A DNA stretch of 64,000 bases, taken from the sequence record OR539219.1. The stretch is one strand, 5' to 3'. The notes under the pieces were generated by a model. The model made no database searches, was not told the origin of the DNA, and saw only the letters and a program-made list of their open reading frames with translations. Position 1 is the first letter of the stretch, and each line of letters begins with the position of its first letter. Origin of the DNA: Escherichia phage vB-Eco-KMB39. Of the stretch, positions 20,309-30,647 are shown in pieces. A program made the position numbers and the translations under genes.

Positions 20309-22077
20309 AAAAGCCACAAGAAATGCAAACGATGCGTAGAAAAGTTATTTCAGATAATAAACCAACACAGGAAGCGGCTAAATCCGCTTCTAACACTTTA
20401 TCTGGACTTAATGATATATCTACGAAATTGGATGATGCTCAAGCTGCTTCTGAATTAATAGCTCAAACTGTCGAAGAAAAATCGAATGAAATAGTTGGAG
20501 CAATTGGTAACGTAGAAAGCGCAGTGAGTGATACTACTGCCGGTTCTGAGTTAATTGCTGAAACTGTCGAAATTGGCAACAATATTAATAAAGAAATCGG
20601 TGAATCACTCGGAAGCAAATTAGATAAATTAACAAGTTTACTGGAACAAAAAATTCAGACAGCTGGAATTCAGCAAACTGGAACGAGTTTAGCTACGGTT
20701 GAAAGCGCTATTCCCGTTAAAGTCGTTGAGGATGGTACTGCTGAATCTGTGGGTCCTTTATTACCAGCTCCTGAAGCAGTTAATAATGATCCTGACGCTG
20801 ATTTTTTCCCTACCCCTCAGCCAGTTGAGCCAAAGCAAGAATCACCAGAAGAAAAACAGAAAAAAGAAGCATTTAACTTAAAATTATCTCAAGCTTTAGA
20901 TAAATTAACAAAGACAGTTGATTTTGGATTTAAGAAATCCATTTCAATTACTGATAAAATATCAAGCATGCTATTTAAGTATACCGTCAGTGCTGCTATT
21001 GAAGCTGCTAAAATGACTGCAATGATATTGGCTGTTGTTGTTGGAATAGACCTGTTGATGGTTCATTTTAAATACTGGTCAGATAAATTTTCAAAAGCCT
21101 GGGATTTATTTAATACTGACTTTACTAAATTCTCTAGCGAAACCGGAACATGGGGTCCTTTATTACAGAGCATCTTTGATTCTATTGATAAAATTAAACA
21201 ACTTTGGGAAGCGGGAGATTGGGGTGGATTGACAGCAGCTATTGTTGAAGGACTCGGAAGTGTTCTTTTTAATTTAGGTGAACTTATTCAATTAGGTATG
21301 GCTAAATTATCTGCAGCAATTCTTCGAGTCATTCCTGGTATGAAGGATACTGCTGATGAAGTAGAAGGAAGAGCATTAGAAAATTTCCAAAATTCTACTG
21401 GAGCATCTCTCAATAAAGAAGACCAGGAAAAAGTTGCAAATTATCAAGATAAACGAATGAATGGAGACCTTGGTCCGATAGCAAAAGGATTAGATAAAAT
21501 TGCTAATTGGAAAACTCGTGCATCTAATTGGATTCGTGGGGTTGATAATAAAGAAGCACTAACTACCGACGAAGAACGCGCAGCAGAAGAAGAAAAATTA
21601 AAGCAACTTTCACCTGAAGAAAGAAAAAATGCTTTAATGAAGGCTAATGAAGCCCGTGCCGCAATGATTCGCTTTGAAAAATATGCTGATTCAGCTGATA
21701 TGAGTAAAGACTCAACGGTTAAATCAGTTGAAGCTGCCTATGAAGACCTTAAAAAACGGATGGATGACCCGGATTTAAATAATTCGCCGGCAGTTAAAAA
21801 AGAACTTGCTGCTAGATTTTCTAAAATTGATGCTACTTATCAAGAGCTCAAGAAAAATCAGCCTAATGCCAAACCTGAAACTTCTGCTAAATCGCCAGAA
21901 GCAAAACAAGTCCAGGTAATAGAAAAGAACAAAGCACAGCAAGCTCCTGTTCAACAAGCATCTCCTTCAATCAATAATACTAATAATGTTATTAAGAAAA
22001 ATACTGTCGTTCATAATATGACACCCGTAACGAGCACGACTGCTCCTGGTGTATTTGATGCGACTGGAGTTAATTAA
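20305..22077 (+). CDS. 29: baseplate hub / tail length determinator gp29
   Basis: 590 aa, extended alpha-helical low-complexity protein; synteny. Confidence 0.8.
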   Translation: MKKPQEMQTMRRKVISDNKPTQEAAKSASNTLSGLNDISTKLDDAQAASELIAQTVEEKSNEIVGAIGNVESAVSDTTAGSELIAETVEIGNNINKEIGESLGSKLDKLTSLLEQKIQTAGIQQTGTSLATVESAIPVKVVEDGTAESVGPLLPAPEAVNNDPDADFFPTPQPVEPKQESPEEKQKKEAFNLKLSQALDKLTKTVDFGFKKSISITDKISSMLFKYTVSAAIEAAKMTAMILAVVVGIDLLMVHFKYWSDKFSKAWDLFNTDFTKFSSETGTWGPLLQSIFDSIDKIKQLWEAGDWGGLTAAIVEGLGSVLFNLGELIQLGMAKLSAAILRVIPGMKDTADEVEGRALENFQNSTGASLNKEDQEKVANYQDKRMNGDLGPIAKGLDKIANWKTRASNWIRGVDNKEALTTDEERAAEEEKLKQLSPEERKNALMKANEARAAMIRFEKYADSADMSKDSTVKSVEAAYEDLKKRMDDPDLNNSPAVKKELAARFSKIDATYQELKKNQPNAKPETSAKSPEAKQVQVIEKNKAQQAPVQQASPSINNTNNVIKKNTVVHNMTPVTSTTAPGVFDATGVN

Positions 22078-22085
22078 GGAATAAT

Positions 22086-23180
22086 ATGGCAATTGTTAAA
22101 GAAATAACTGCTGATTTAATTAAAAAGTCCGGTGAGAAAATTTCAGCCGGACAGAGTACTAAATCAGAAGTAGGAACTAAAACATACACTGCCCAGTTTC
22201 CAACTGGGCGTGCTAGTGGTAATGACACTACAGGGGACTTCCAGGTAACAGATCTATATAAGAATGGATTATTATTTACTGCATACAATATGTCATCTAG
22301 GGATTCTGGAAGTCTTAGATCGATGAGATCTAACTACTCTTCTTCATCTTCGAGTATTTTACGTACAGCCAGAAACACTATTAGTAGTACAGTATCAAAA
22401 CTATCAAATGGATTAATATCAGATAATAATTCAGGAACAATAAGTAAAGCTCCTATCGCAAACATTCTTTTACCGAGATCTAAATCTGATGTTGATACAT
22501 CATCACACAGATTTAATGATGTTCAAGAAAGCCTTATCAGTAGAGGCGGAGGTACTGCTACTGGTGTGCTAAGTAATATTGCTTCAACCGCAGTATTTGG
22601 GGCGCTGGAAAGTATAACACAAGGTATAATGGCTGATAATAATGAACAGATTTATACGACAGCCAGAAGTATGTATGGTGGTGCTGAAAATAGAACTAAA
22701 GTGTTTACATGGGATTTGACTCCACGTTCAACAGAAGATTTAATGGCTATTATTAATATCTATCAATATTTTAACTATTTTTCTTATGGTGAAACGGGTA
22801 AATCTCAATATGCTGCTGAAATAAAGGGGTATTTAGATGATTGGTATCGTTCTACGTTAATTGAACCTTTATCTCCGGAAGACGCAGCTAAAAATAAAAC
22901 ACTATTTGAGAAAATGACATCGAGTTTAACTAACGTTCTAGTGGTTTCAAACCCGACAATTTGGATGGTGAAAAACTTTGGTGCAACATCTAAGTTTGAT
23001 GGAAAAACGGAAATATTTGGTCCATGTCAAATACAGAGTATCAGATTTGATAAAACACCTAATGGTAACTTTAACGGATTAGCTATTGCTCCAAACCTCC
23101 CTAGTACATTTACTCTTGAGATTACTATGAGAGAAATTATCACGTTAAACCGTGCTTCTTTATATGCGGGGACTTTTTAA
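22086..23180 (+). CDS. 48: baseplate tail tube cap gp48
   Basis: 364 aa; synteny. Confidence 0.8.
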   Translation: MAIVKEITADLIKKSGEKISAGQSTKSEVGTKTYTAQFPTGRASGNDTTGDFQVTDLYKNGLLFTAYNMSSRDSGSLRSMRSNYSSSSSSILRTARNTISSTVSKLSNGLISDNNSGTISKAPIANILLPRSKSDVDTSSHRFNDVQESLISRGGGTATGVLSNIASTAVFGALESITQGIMADNNEQIYTTARSMYGGAENRTKVFTWDLTPRSTEDLMAIINIYQYFNYFSYGETGKSQYAAEIKGYLDDWYRSTLIEPLSPEDAAKNKTLFEKMTSSLTNVLVVSNPTIWMVKNFGATSKFDGKTEIFGPCQIQSIRFDKTPNGNFNGLAIAPNLPSTFTLEITMREIITLNRASLYAGTF

Positions 23181-24145
23181 TGTATTCTTTAGAGGAATTT
23201 AATAATCAAGCAATAAACGCAGATTTCCAACGTAATAATATGTTTAGCTGCGTTTTTGCGACAACTCCATCAACTAAAAGCTCTTCGTTGATAAGTTCAA
23301 TTAGCAACTTTTCTTATAATAACTTGGGTCTAAATTCAGATTGGTTAGGATTGACTCAAGGCGATATTAATCAGGGAATTACCGCGCTAATTACAGCTGG
23401 CACACAAAAACTGATAAGAAAATCAGGAGTTAGTAAATATCTTATTGGTGCCATGAGTCAACGTACAGTTCAAAGTTTATTAGGCTCATTTACAGTTGGT
23501 ACATATTTAATTGACTTCTTTAACATGGCATATAACTCATCTGGATTGATGATATATTCTGTAAAAATGCCAGAGAATAGATTATCCTATGAAACTGACT
23601 GGAACTATAATTCTCCTAATATTCGTATAACTGGGAGAGAATTAGACCCTTTGGTTATTTCATTTAGAATGGATTCAGAAGCTTGTAACTATCGTGCAAT
23701 GCAAGACTGGGTTAACGCTGTTCAAGACCCAGTAACTGGACTGCGTGCTTTGCCACAAGATGTCGAGGCAGATATTCAGGTTAATCTTCATTCTCGCAAT
23801 GGATTACCTCATACTGCGGTAATGTTCACCGGATGCATTCCAATGTCAGTGAGCGCTCCTGAATTATCATATGATGGAGATAACCAAATAACTACATTTG
23901 ATGTTACTTTTGCGTATAGAGTCATGCAGGCTGGAGCAGTTGATAGGCAAGCTGCGCTTGAATGGCTTGAATCTGCTGCTATAAATGGTATTCAAAGCGT
24001 TCTCGGAAATAGTGGAGGTGTTACTGGACTATCTAATTCGCTTTCACGACTCAGTAGATTAGGTGGAACTGCAGGAAGCATTTCAAACATTAATACTATG
24101 ACAGGAATTGTCAATTCGCAAAGTAAAATATTAGGAGCAATATAA
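23180..24145 (+). CDS. 54: baseplate tail tube initiator gp54
   Basis: 321 aa; ATGA coupling with 48; bidirectional terminator after stop. Confidence 0.8.
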   Translation: MYSLEEFNNQAINADFQRNNMFSCVFATTPSTKSSSLISSISNFSYNNLGLNSDWLGLTQGDINQGITALITAGTQKLIRKSGVSKYLIGAMSQRTVQSLLGSFTVGTYLIDFFNMAYNSSGLMIYSVKMPENRLSYETDWNYNSPNIRITGRELDPLVISFRMDSEACNYRAMQDWVNAVQDPVTGLRALPQDVEADIQVNLHSRNGLPHTAVMFTGCIPMSVSAPELSYDGDNQITTFDVTFAYRVMQAGAVDRQAALEWLESAAINGIQSVLGNSGGVTGLSNSLSRLSRLGGTAGSISNINTMTGIVNSQSKILGAI

Positions 24146-24149
24146 CAAT

Positions 24150-24175
24150 GGGGACCTTTCGGTCCCCATATTTTT
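24150..24175. terminator. bidirectional terminator after gene 54 / 96-aa ORF
   Basis: GGGGACC-TTTC-GGTCCCC then TATTTTTATTT. Confidence 0.7.
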
Positions 24176-24464
24176 ATTTACGGAATGAAATGAAAGCAGC
24201 AACTGAAGCAACTAAACTGTCTTCAATATAAACTTCAATTTTTACCGGAGCTTCTGACTCAAATTTACCTGTTACTACACCCTGAAAAATACTTTCAGTC
24301 TGTTTTGGCTTTGAAAAATTTTCAGAAGGAAAAATTCCGAACTTTTTATCTGTTCCAAAAATTTTGATAAATTCATCGTAAACTGCTTCATTAAAAGCGT
24401 TATCAGCAGGAATAACGCCTTCAACTACAAGTTCTTGACCTAAAAAGCGCAAAGAAGATTTCAT
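24174..24464 (-). CDS. hypothetical protein downstream of alt
   Basis: 96 aa; own early-type promoter (GTTTAC / TATAGT) and GAGGAA RBS. Confidence 0.5.
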   Translation of the reverse strand: MKSSLRFLGQELVVEGVIPADNAFNEAVYDEFIKIFGTDKKFGIFPSENFSKPKQTESIFQGVVTGKFESEAPVKIEVYIEDSLVASVAAFISFRK

Positions 24465-24495
24465 TTTGTGTTCCTCATGTTATGTCAGTAAGACT

Positions 24496-24525
24496 ACTAT
24501 AACACAACATAAGGAACTTGTAAAC
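24496..24525 (-). promoter_or_regulatory. T4-type early promoter (GTTTAC -35, TATAGT -10)
   Basis: GTTTAC-N18-TATAGT on - strand, upstream of ORF 24174-24464. Confidence 0.55.
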
Positions 24526-26582
24526 TACATTTTGAACTTTTTAGACATTCCGTTGATGTTAACCAAAGAAGCCAAGATTTGAGAAACTTCGTTTTCCTCT
24601 TCTTTTGATTCTTCTACAAGAAATTGATTAAATCCAGCCATTGGACGAACTTCACCAGTTTCCATTAGATGGTCTCCATCATATACTGATTCTTCTAATT
24701 GTTCAGAAGGAGGAACGATTGTACCTTCAATTAGATACTTGTTATAAGCAGTTTCTTTCATAAAGTACGTACTTACTTTATTAATCTTCAGTAAAATTCC
24801 ACGCGGTAGAATAACTTCAGCTTCTGATGGAAATCCTGATAAATGACCTGGAACGATAACTTTGATTCGCTCAGCTCCTTTAATTACCATACCCACGCTA
24901 GTTTCAGCATCTTCATTAGCATATGTAGAATGACTACCCATATGCATCAAATCTTCTGCATCAACGGAATCTTCTCCTTCACCGGAAAATACTGCGCCGG
25001 AATCATCTAGAGCCATATAGTTTTTACCATGCTCACCGAAGATATTTGGTTTAAGCGATGTGGATACGAAGTTCTTGAAATAAAACATTTTATTTTCAAT
25101 GTTATGACGCAAAGTTTTAAAGGTAACTTCTTGTCCACGGTAAAGCGTAGTTCCTGGAGGAAGAACTGAACCTTTAGCGAATGCAGAATCCAACGTCTCG
25201 ATGTGCTTAATAGCACGTTCCATATATTCTTCACGGGTAGAATCTGGTTTACCCAAAAGGAACGAGTTCATTTCAACATATGAATCTGCACAATAATCTT
25301 CAATTACATCAGACTCAGCCTGAGTCAGTCCTTTTGGAGTTACTTCAGTGCTTGCGTATTCATATGCCTGAGCAGCAGATTCATTAATCAATTTATAAAT
25401 GCCATTCATGACAAATTGAATAATAGCTGTCTTTTCATCTGGCGTAGCTTTAGAACCTTTAACCAAATCATTGATAATTTTCTTAATAACATCAAAGCTA
25501 TTAGAAATATTAATGTCAGCAAGATCGCTTAAAATTTTATCGGTTTTATAATCAAAGAATTCTTTATTCTTTAAATATTCTTGAGAACCTTGATATGTTA
25601 TATCGCTCTGCAGCTTGATAGATGGATCACGTAAACGCGCATGGGCCAATGCGATATGATTTCGGAAGTTTTCTAGTTCATAATCGCTAGATTTAAAACG
25701 AGAAGCACTCCTCATACCACCAATAGCTCCTTTGCTGAAGTTTGAACCAATCTGGATAACGCCAGAGTTCATTGGTCCTTCTGCTTTATATACCGGAACT
25801 TTAGATTCAAACTCTTGATATTTCTTGGCAGCGAAGCTATCACCCTGAAGTGAAGCATCAACAGTAGAATATTGAGCTTGTGCTGCTAATCGACGACTGA
25901 TTTTAGTTTTCTGAATAACAGCTTGGTCCGTGCGTTTATCATTTTCTAAAGCAATAGAAGCAGCAACAGCGACAGCTTTAGGAACAGCATTTCCTGTTTT
26001 AACGTCTACATAAACATCACCGACCTTTGATTCAACTTTTGTGAATAACTCAGTTGAAATAGGAGGTACACCTGGAATGTCTTCTAAATTGGCATTTTTA
26101 CGGTAAACCATAATATATGCATACTTTTTATCATAGTCCCAGATTTCCTTTAAAAGAACATATCGACCTGCTCCTTTAGTACGTACTAAACGGTCAGCAA
26201 TAACTTGCATTTGACGAGCTGCGCCATTTGTTTTACTCTTTAGTACACGGAATAAGCACGCGTCAATTTTGTACTGCTTCATTGTTTGAAGAGCAGTATC
26301 AAAAACAGCATTAATGACGCCAATTGGATTTCCACCCAAGTTTCTAAGCTTAACCAGCGATAATTTCTCGTTGACACCTATCATTACGATATGCATCATT
26401 TTATCGCCTAGTTTAACGTTTTTATTTGTATCACCACCAGAGGTGTATGTACAAAATCTAAATCCAGGAAGCACGCTTTCTTCGCCGGCTTGGATAGCAA
26501 AAATTTGAGGTATTTTATGCTTAGGATTTAAGTTAACAACCGGCGCCGAAGCGCCGTCAAATAATTCTGTAATAAGTTCCAT
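24525..26582 (-). CDS. alt: Alt-family ADP-ribosyltransferase (copy 1, 685 aa)
   Basis: C-terminal ART signature: R (LYRGQ), S-T-S (FVSTSL), E-x-E (SEAEVILPRG); N-terminus MELITELFD... Confidence 0.8.
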   Translation of the reverse strand: MELITELFDGASAPVVNLNPKHKIPQIFAIQAGEESVLPGFRFCTYTSGGDTNKNVKLGDKMMHIVMIGVNEKLSLVKLRNLGGNPIGVINAVFDTALQTMKQYKIDACLFRVLKSKTNGAARQMQVIADRLVRTKGAGRYVLLKEIWDYDKKYAYIMVYRKNANLEDIPGVPPISTELFTKVESKVGDVYVDVKTGNAVPKAVAVAASIALENDKRTDQAVIQKTKISRRLAAQAQYSTVDASLQGDSFAAKKYQEFESKVPVYKAEGPMNSGVIQIGSNFSKGAIGGMRSASRFKSSDYELENFRNHIALAHARLRDPSIKLQSDITYQGSQEYLKNKEFFDYKTDKILSDLADINISNSFDVIKKIINDLVKGSKATPDEKTAIIQFVMNGIYKLINESAAQAYEYASTEVTPKGLTQAESDVIEDYCADSYVEMNSFLLGKPDSTREEYMERAIKHIETLDSAFAKGSVLPPGTTLYRGQEVTFKTLRHNIENKMFYFKNFVSTSLKPNIFGEHGKNYMALDDSGAVFSGEGEDSVDAEDLMHMGSHSTYANEDAETSVGMVIKGAERIKVIVPGHLSGFPSEAEVILPRGILLKINKVSTYFMKETAYNKYLIEGTIVPPSEQLEESVYDGDHLMETGEVRPMAGFNQFLVEESKEEENEVSQILASLVNINGMSKKFKM

Positions 26583-26585
26583 GAT

Positions 26586-28679
26586 TTATCCTTGAACGAA
26601 CTTGTAAGGCATGTTTGTAATATCTATGCAAGACGCAATAATTCCAAGAGATGATTCTACTTTCTGTTTAACATTTGATGAAACAAATGATGCAAAGTCA
26701 ACTTTGTCTTCTATTTCAATATCACCTGTCATTGCAACTACTTCGCCGGTTTCCATTAAACGGTCACCGTCATAAATTACCGATTCGGTGAGTTCTTCTG
26801 TGGTCATAACTTCAGCTTGAATGAGTTTTGTATTATTAGACGTGATTCCGTCATTATTAGAAGCATCAGTTATTTTATTAACTTTGACCATCAATCCACG
26901 CGGTAGAATAACTTCAGCTTCTGTTGCTATTCCGAGACTTCCTGGATATACAACATTAACTTTATGAGCTCCATCAATTGCCCATCCTATTTGAACTTTA
27001 ACGTATTCAGGATTTTCTTTATACGCTCTTATTTCGTTTGGATTAATAGTTATTCCTTCTTCATTTTTATCAACTGTTAATTCATTGCGAGCTTCTGGTT
27101 CTAAAAGACCAATACCAGCATGTGTAATTCCAAAACGTCCAAAAATGATAGGAGTTAAAGAAGTAGATACAAAATTTCTGAAATAGAACACTTTATTTTT
27201 AACTAGTGCTTCGTATATAGGAGCAGTCATACTTTGAGCACGATAAACTGTAATGCCTTCTGGTATACGGTCACCATTTTCAAAAGCTGAATCTAAATTA
27301 TTTATAGCAGATTCAATTTCTTTTTCACTCATTATATCATATCGTTCTGGATTGTAACGACCTAAAAGAAGATTATTGATGTCTGTATATCCTGAACCAC
27401 AATACTCTCTAATGCCGCGCTTTTGTGATGGAGTATATTTAGAACCATCACGGGCAATAGTAATATCAATCATTGGACCTGCACCAATTCCGGAAAAGCT
27501 ATAAATCATTCGTTTGAGGAATTTAGTTTTTGCTGCATTCCAGGCATTTTTAGTTATTTCTCCCCAGACTTCATCTGGCTGCCCTTTACGAGTTTTATTA
27601 TGTTTATCAAGCCAATTATCTTTATATTCTTCAAATAATTGATTAACAGCTGCTGCGTATTTCTCTAAACATTTTATTGAAGTAGTTGGTTCATTTTTAA
27701 TCGCATTAAGAATTACATCTTTAATTTTTTCTGAAACTTCACCGACTTGACTCATTGGAAAGAATTTATAATCATAGTGAAGTTCATCTGCCGTTCCTTC
27801 AGCAATAATTTTTGCTGCCTTAGTTTTAGAAGCTAATGAATTAATTCCAAGCTTCATTTCTTCTGCTTCGGGAATTAAAGGTGCAGTAGCAGGTTTATTG
27901 AAATTAGCTGCGGTAGATTCATACTTCTGGAATAATTCACTTTCAAATCTAGAAGATTCCAATGACTGACTTTGTGCAATTGCTCTACGGGAAATTTTAA
28001 CTTTAACGATTACGGCTTGGTCAGAACGTTTATCGTTTTCTTGTGCAATAGATGCAGCAATTGCCTCATTTTTGGTTACTTGAGCTCCAGTATCTTTATT
28101 AATATAAACATCACCGACCTTCGATTCAACTTTAGTAAAGAGCTCGGTACTAATTTCCGGAACTCCTGGAATGTCTTCTAGTGATACATTTTTGCGATGT
28201 ATAAGAATATATGCATACTTTTTATCATAATCCCAGAGTTCCTTAAGAAGGACGTATCTGCCACCTGAACGACTACGGATAAGTCTATCAGCAATAACTT
28301 GAATTTGTCGAGCTTGGCCAGCAGTTTTAGACTTAAGAATACGAAGCATACAAGCATCAATTTTATACTGACGCATTGTTTGCATTGCAACAGTAAAAAC
28401 TGAATTGATATAATTAATTGGGCTTGGACCAAGACCTTTTAATTTAGCAATTGAACCTTTAGCAGTTAATGTAAAAGGAACAATATGCATCATTTTGTCG
28501 CCCATTTTTAAATCGCGATTAGTATCACCTCCAGATGTATAGGTACATAAACGAAAGCCTGGTTGTTCAATTGCATCATCAACATGAACTGAAAAAATTT
28601 GTGGTATTTTCTTCTTTGGATTTAAGTTTGTAATCGGAAGAGTAGTATCTTCGTCAAATAATTCTGTAATAAGTTCCAT
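26586..28679 (-). CDS. alt: Alt-family ADP-ribosyltransferase (copy 2, 697 aa)
   Basis: Same N-terminus and ART motifs (VYRAQ, FVSTSL, TEAEVILPRG); central region diverged; late promoter TATAAATA upstream. Confidence 0.8.
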   Translation of the reverse strand: MELITELFDEDTTLPITNLNPKKKIPQIFSVHVDDAIEQPGFRLCTYTSGGDTNRDLKMGDKMMHIVPFTLTAKGSIAKLKGLGPSPINYINSVFTVAMQTMRQYKIDACMLRILKSKTAGQARQIQVIADRLIRSRSGGRYVLLKELWDYDKKYAYILIHRKNVSLEDIPGVPEISTELFTKVESKVGDVYINKDTGAQVTKNEAIAASIAQENDKRSDQAVIVKVKISRRAIAQSQSLESSRFESELFQKYESTAANFNKPATAPLIPEAEEMKLGINSLASKTKAAKIIAEGTADELHYDYKFFPMSQVGEVSEKIKDVILNAIKNEPTTSIKCLEKYAAAVNQLFEEYKDNWLDKHNKTRKGQPDEVWGEITKNAWNAAKTKFLKRMIYSFSGIGAGPMIDITIARDGSKYTPSQKRGIREYCGSGYTDINNLLLGRYNPERYDIMSEKEIESAINNLDSAFENGDRIPEGITVYRAQSMTAPIYEALVKNKVFYFRNFVSTSLTPIIFGRFGITHAGIGLLEPEARNELTVDKNEEGITINPNEIRAYKENPEYVKVQIGWAIDGAHKVNVVYPGSLGIATEAEVILPRGLMVKVNKITDASNNDGITSNNTKLIQAEVMTTEELTESVIYDGDRLMETGEVVAMTGDIEIEDKVDFASFVSSNVKQKVESSLGIIASCIDITNMPYKFVQG

Positions 28680-28702
28680 GTTATCCTCTCTAGTGTTTAT
28701 TC

Positions 28703-28710
28703 TATTTATA
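28703..28710 (-). promoter_or_regulatory. late promoter core TATAAATA (Alt copy 2)
   Basis: Reverse-strand exact match 23 bp upstream of ATG 28679. Confidence 0.65.
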
Positions 28711-28715
28711 AAATT

Positions 28716-28733
28716 AAAGGCCCGAAGGCCTTT
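28716..28733 (-). terminator. hairpin upstream of Alt copy 2 late promoter
   Basis: AAAGGCC-CGAA-GGCCTTT (UUCG loop on - strand). Confidence 0.5.
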
Positions 28734-28735
28734 AA

Positions 28736-28921
28736 TTAATAGAGAGCTAAAAGAGTACGATATACTTCAAACTTTGGACCTTTTTCATATGGATCAAATC
28801 TTTCCATGAATTCATCATATGCTAGTTTATCTGGGAATTCAAGAATAACCTGCGATACCGCAGTGGAAACATCTCCACCTTCTTTTTGAGCCACGACAAT
28901 TGTTTCTAAGTAAGCTTTCAT
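28736..28921 (-). CDS. hypothetical small protein
   Basis: 61 aa; ATGA-coupled to gene 30 stop; terminator hairpin downstream. Confidence 0.45.
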   Translation of the reverse strand: MKAYLETIVVAQKEGGDVSTAVSQVILEFPDKLAYDEFMERFDPYEKGPKFEVYRTLLALY

Positions 28922-30381
28922 AAACCAGTTACCTCATGAAAATCGCCAAATACATCTTCGAACGTATTAGCTTTAGTTTTATCTTCACGTAAACGAATTG
29001 CAATTGGAAGAAATAGCTTAACGTAATCAGTACGTCCATCTAATTTTACCCAGCCGTTGCATTCGCACTCTAGAATTTTTCCAATATAATAATTTTGGTT
29101 TTCCATAATGCGAGTACGATCAAGTTCATGCGATTTTATACCGGCTTTATCTTTTAAGCCTGAACCAGCATTTACTTTAATTTTTCCACACTCTGATTCA
29201 AGAATGAAACCACCTGCTTTAGTAGGGTCTTTACGGTGAGGATAAATTCCTACAATTTTTAAATCAACATCAATTACTTCTTTAAATTTATAAAGATTTT
29301 TTGAACGAGCATTTTCCCATAATCCATCGATATTTTTAAGAATAATACCTTCAAGACCTTGGTCAATATACTTTTTATAAATTACCTTAGCTTCATCTAG
29401 GTTATTTACTACTTGGTTTTCAATTAAAATTACTTTATCATAGCCTGATGTCATTTGTTCTAGTTTAGAAAAACGTACATCATATTTTAAACGAAATGCT
29501 GGAAGACCATATATTTCTACTAATGGAACATAGTCCCAGACCTGAAACTTCATGCATTGTGCTTCTTTTTCAGAAATGGTTCCCTTTAAAGATTTATTAG
29601 CGATTCCATTAGAAGTAGTACGTGATTCAGCTACTTCGGCGAATTCTTTAGCTTTACTAATTTCAGGATAAGCATCAAAAAGAAAATCTAGGCCTTCTGG
29701 TTCCTTTTTAACTTGCTCATGGTATACCAATTCGCCATCAATTAACACACCTTCTGGATGAATCTGGCGAGCTTCTGCAGTCATTTTGATTAACTCTTCC
29801 TTGAGAAGATCTAATCCTAGATATTCATTACCAGCTCGTGATAAAAGACGAACATCATCTAATTCATCACCTCTGACTTCAGCAAAACAGCGAGCTCCAT
29901 CAGCTTTTAGCTGTGCAAAGGCTGGAAATTTGATATTCTTATTAATGCCTTTTTCGTCATAAGAACTTGCTAGCATTTGAGGTTGTTCAGGAATTAAACC
30001 TGGCCAAACTTTGTTTGCAATAGATACTGATGCACCGCATTCAAGGTCTCGCATCATCACCCGACGCAAAACTTCAACATCATCTTTTTTACCGTCAGTA
30101 ATATATCCAGTTAATTCCTCAATTGCCGCATTTCCAGTCAATTTCCGAGTAGCTAACGTGAATTCAATGAAGTCAAGCATATCGGTAAGAGTCAACATTC
30201 CAAAACTCTGGGTAGTAATACCCGGTTTAGGCCATTTCTTGATATAATACTGTAACCCACGAGAATAAGTCAGACGATATACTCGTTTAAGCAATTCATT
30301 ATCTTTATTCTTTTCAAGAATTGCTTGCTTCTGCTTAGTTGAACCAATAGATGCTATTTCGTTCAGAATTTTAAGAATCAT
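28918..30381 (-). CDS. 30: ATP-dependent DNA ligase gp30
   Basis: 487 aa; adenylation lysine motif region (...KADGARC...); MILKILNEIASIGSTKQKQAILEKN... Confidence 0.95.
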   Translation of the reverse strand: MILKILNEIASIGSTKQKQAILEKNKDNELLKRVYRLTYSRGLQYYIKKWPKPGITTQSFGMLTLTDMLDFIEFTLATRKLTGNAAIEELTGYITDGKKDDVEVLRRVMMRDLECGASVSIANKVWPGLIPEQPQMLASSYDEKGINKNIKFPAFAQLKADGARCFAEVRGDELDDVRLLSRAGNEYLGLDLLKEELIKMTAEARQIHPEGVLIDGELVYHEQVKKEPEGLDFLFDAYPEISKAKEFAEVAESRTTSNGIANKSLKGTISEKEAQCMKFQVWDYVPLVEIYGLPAFRLKYDVRFSKLEQMTSGYDKVILIENQVVNNLDEAKVIYKKYIDQGLEGIILKNIDGLWENARSKNLYKFKEVIDVDLKIVGIYPHRKDPTKAGGFILESECGKIKVNAGSGLKDKAGIKSHELDRTRIMENQNYYIGKILECECNGWVKLDGRTDYVKLFLPIAIRLREDKTKANTFEDVFGDFHEVTGL

Positions 30382-30647
30382 TGTTCATCCTTTAGAGTTT
30401 GGTTTACAGCTCTATTATAAATCAATTCATCATTAAGCTCAGTCAAAGACCTGTGATACGTGGTTCTAACTTTATTTCCTTGCATCCAGTGCTTGACATA
30501 AATGAAACCTTGCTCTACACATTTTTTAAAAATTCGTTCGTCTTTTTGAGCTCGGAATTCTGGATTGCATCTAAAAAATTGATTTACGTGACCGTAATCA
30601 CGTGTAGTATTACCTTCATTTTCATAAATAGTGTGAACGACAAACAT
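30378..30647 (-). CDS. hypothetical protein (30.1-like)
   Basis: 89 aa, coupled in early operon. Confidence 0.5.
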   Translation of the reverse strand: MFVVHTIYENEGNTTRDYGHVNQFFRCNPEFRAQKDERIFKKCVEQGFIYVKHWMQGNKVRTTYHRSLTELNDELIYNRAVNQTLKDEQ

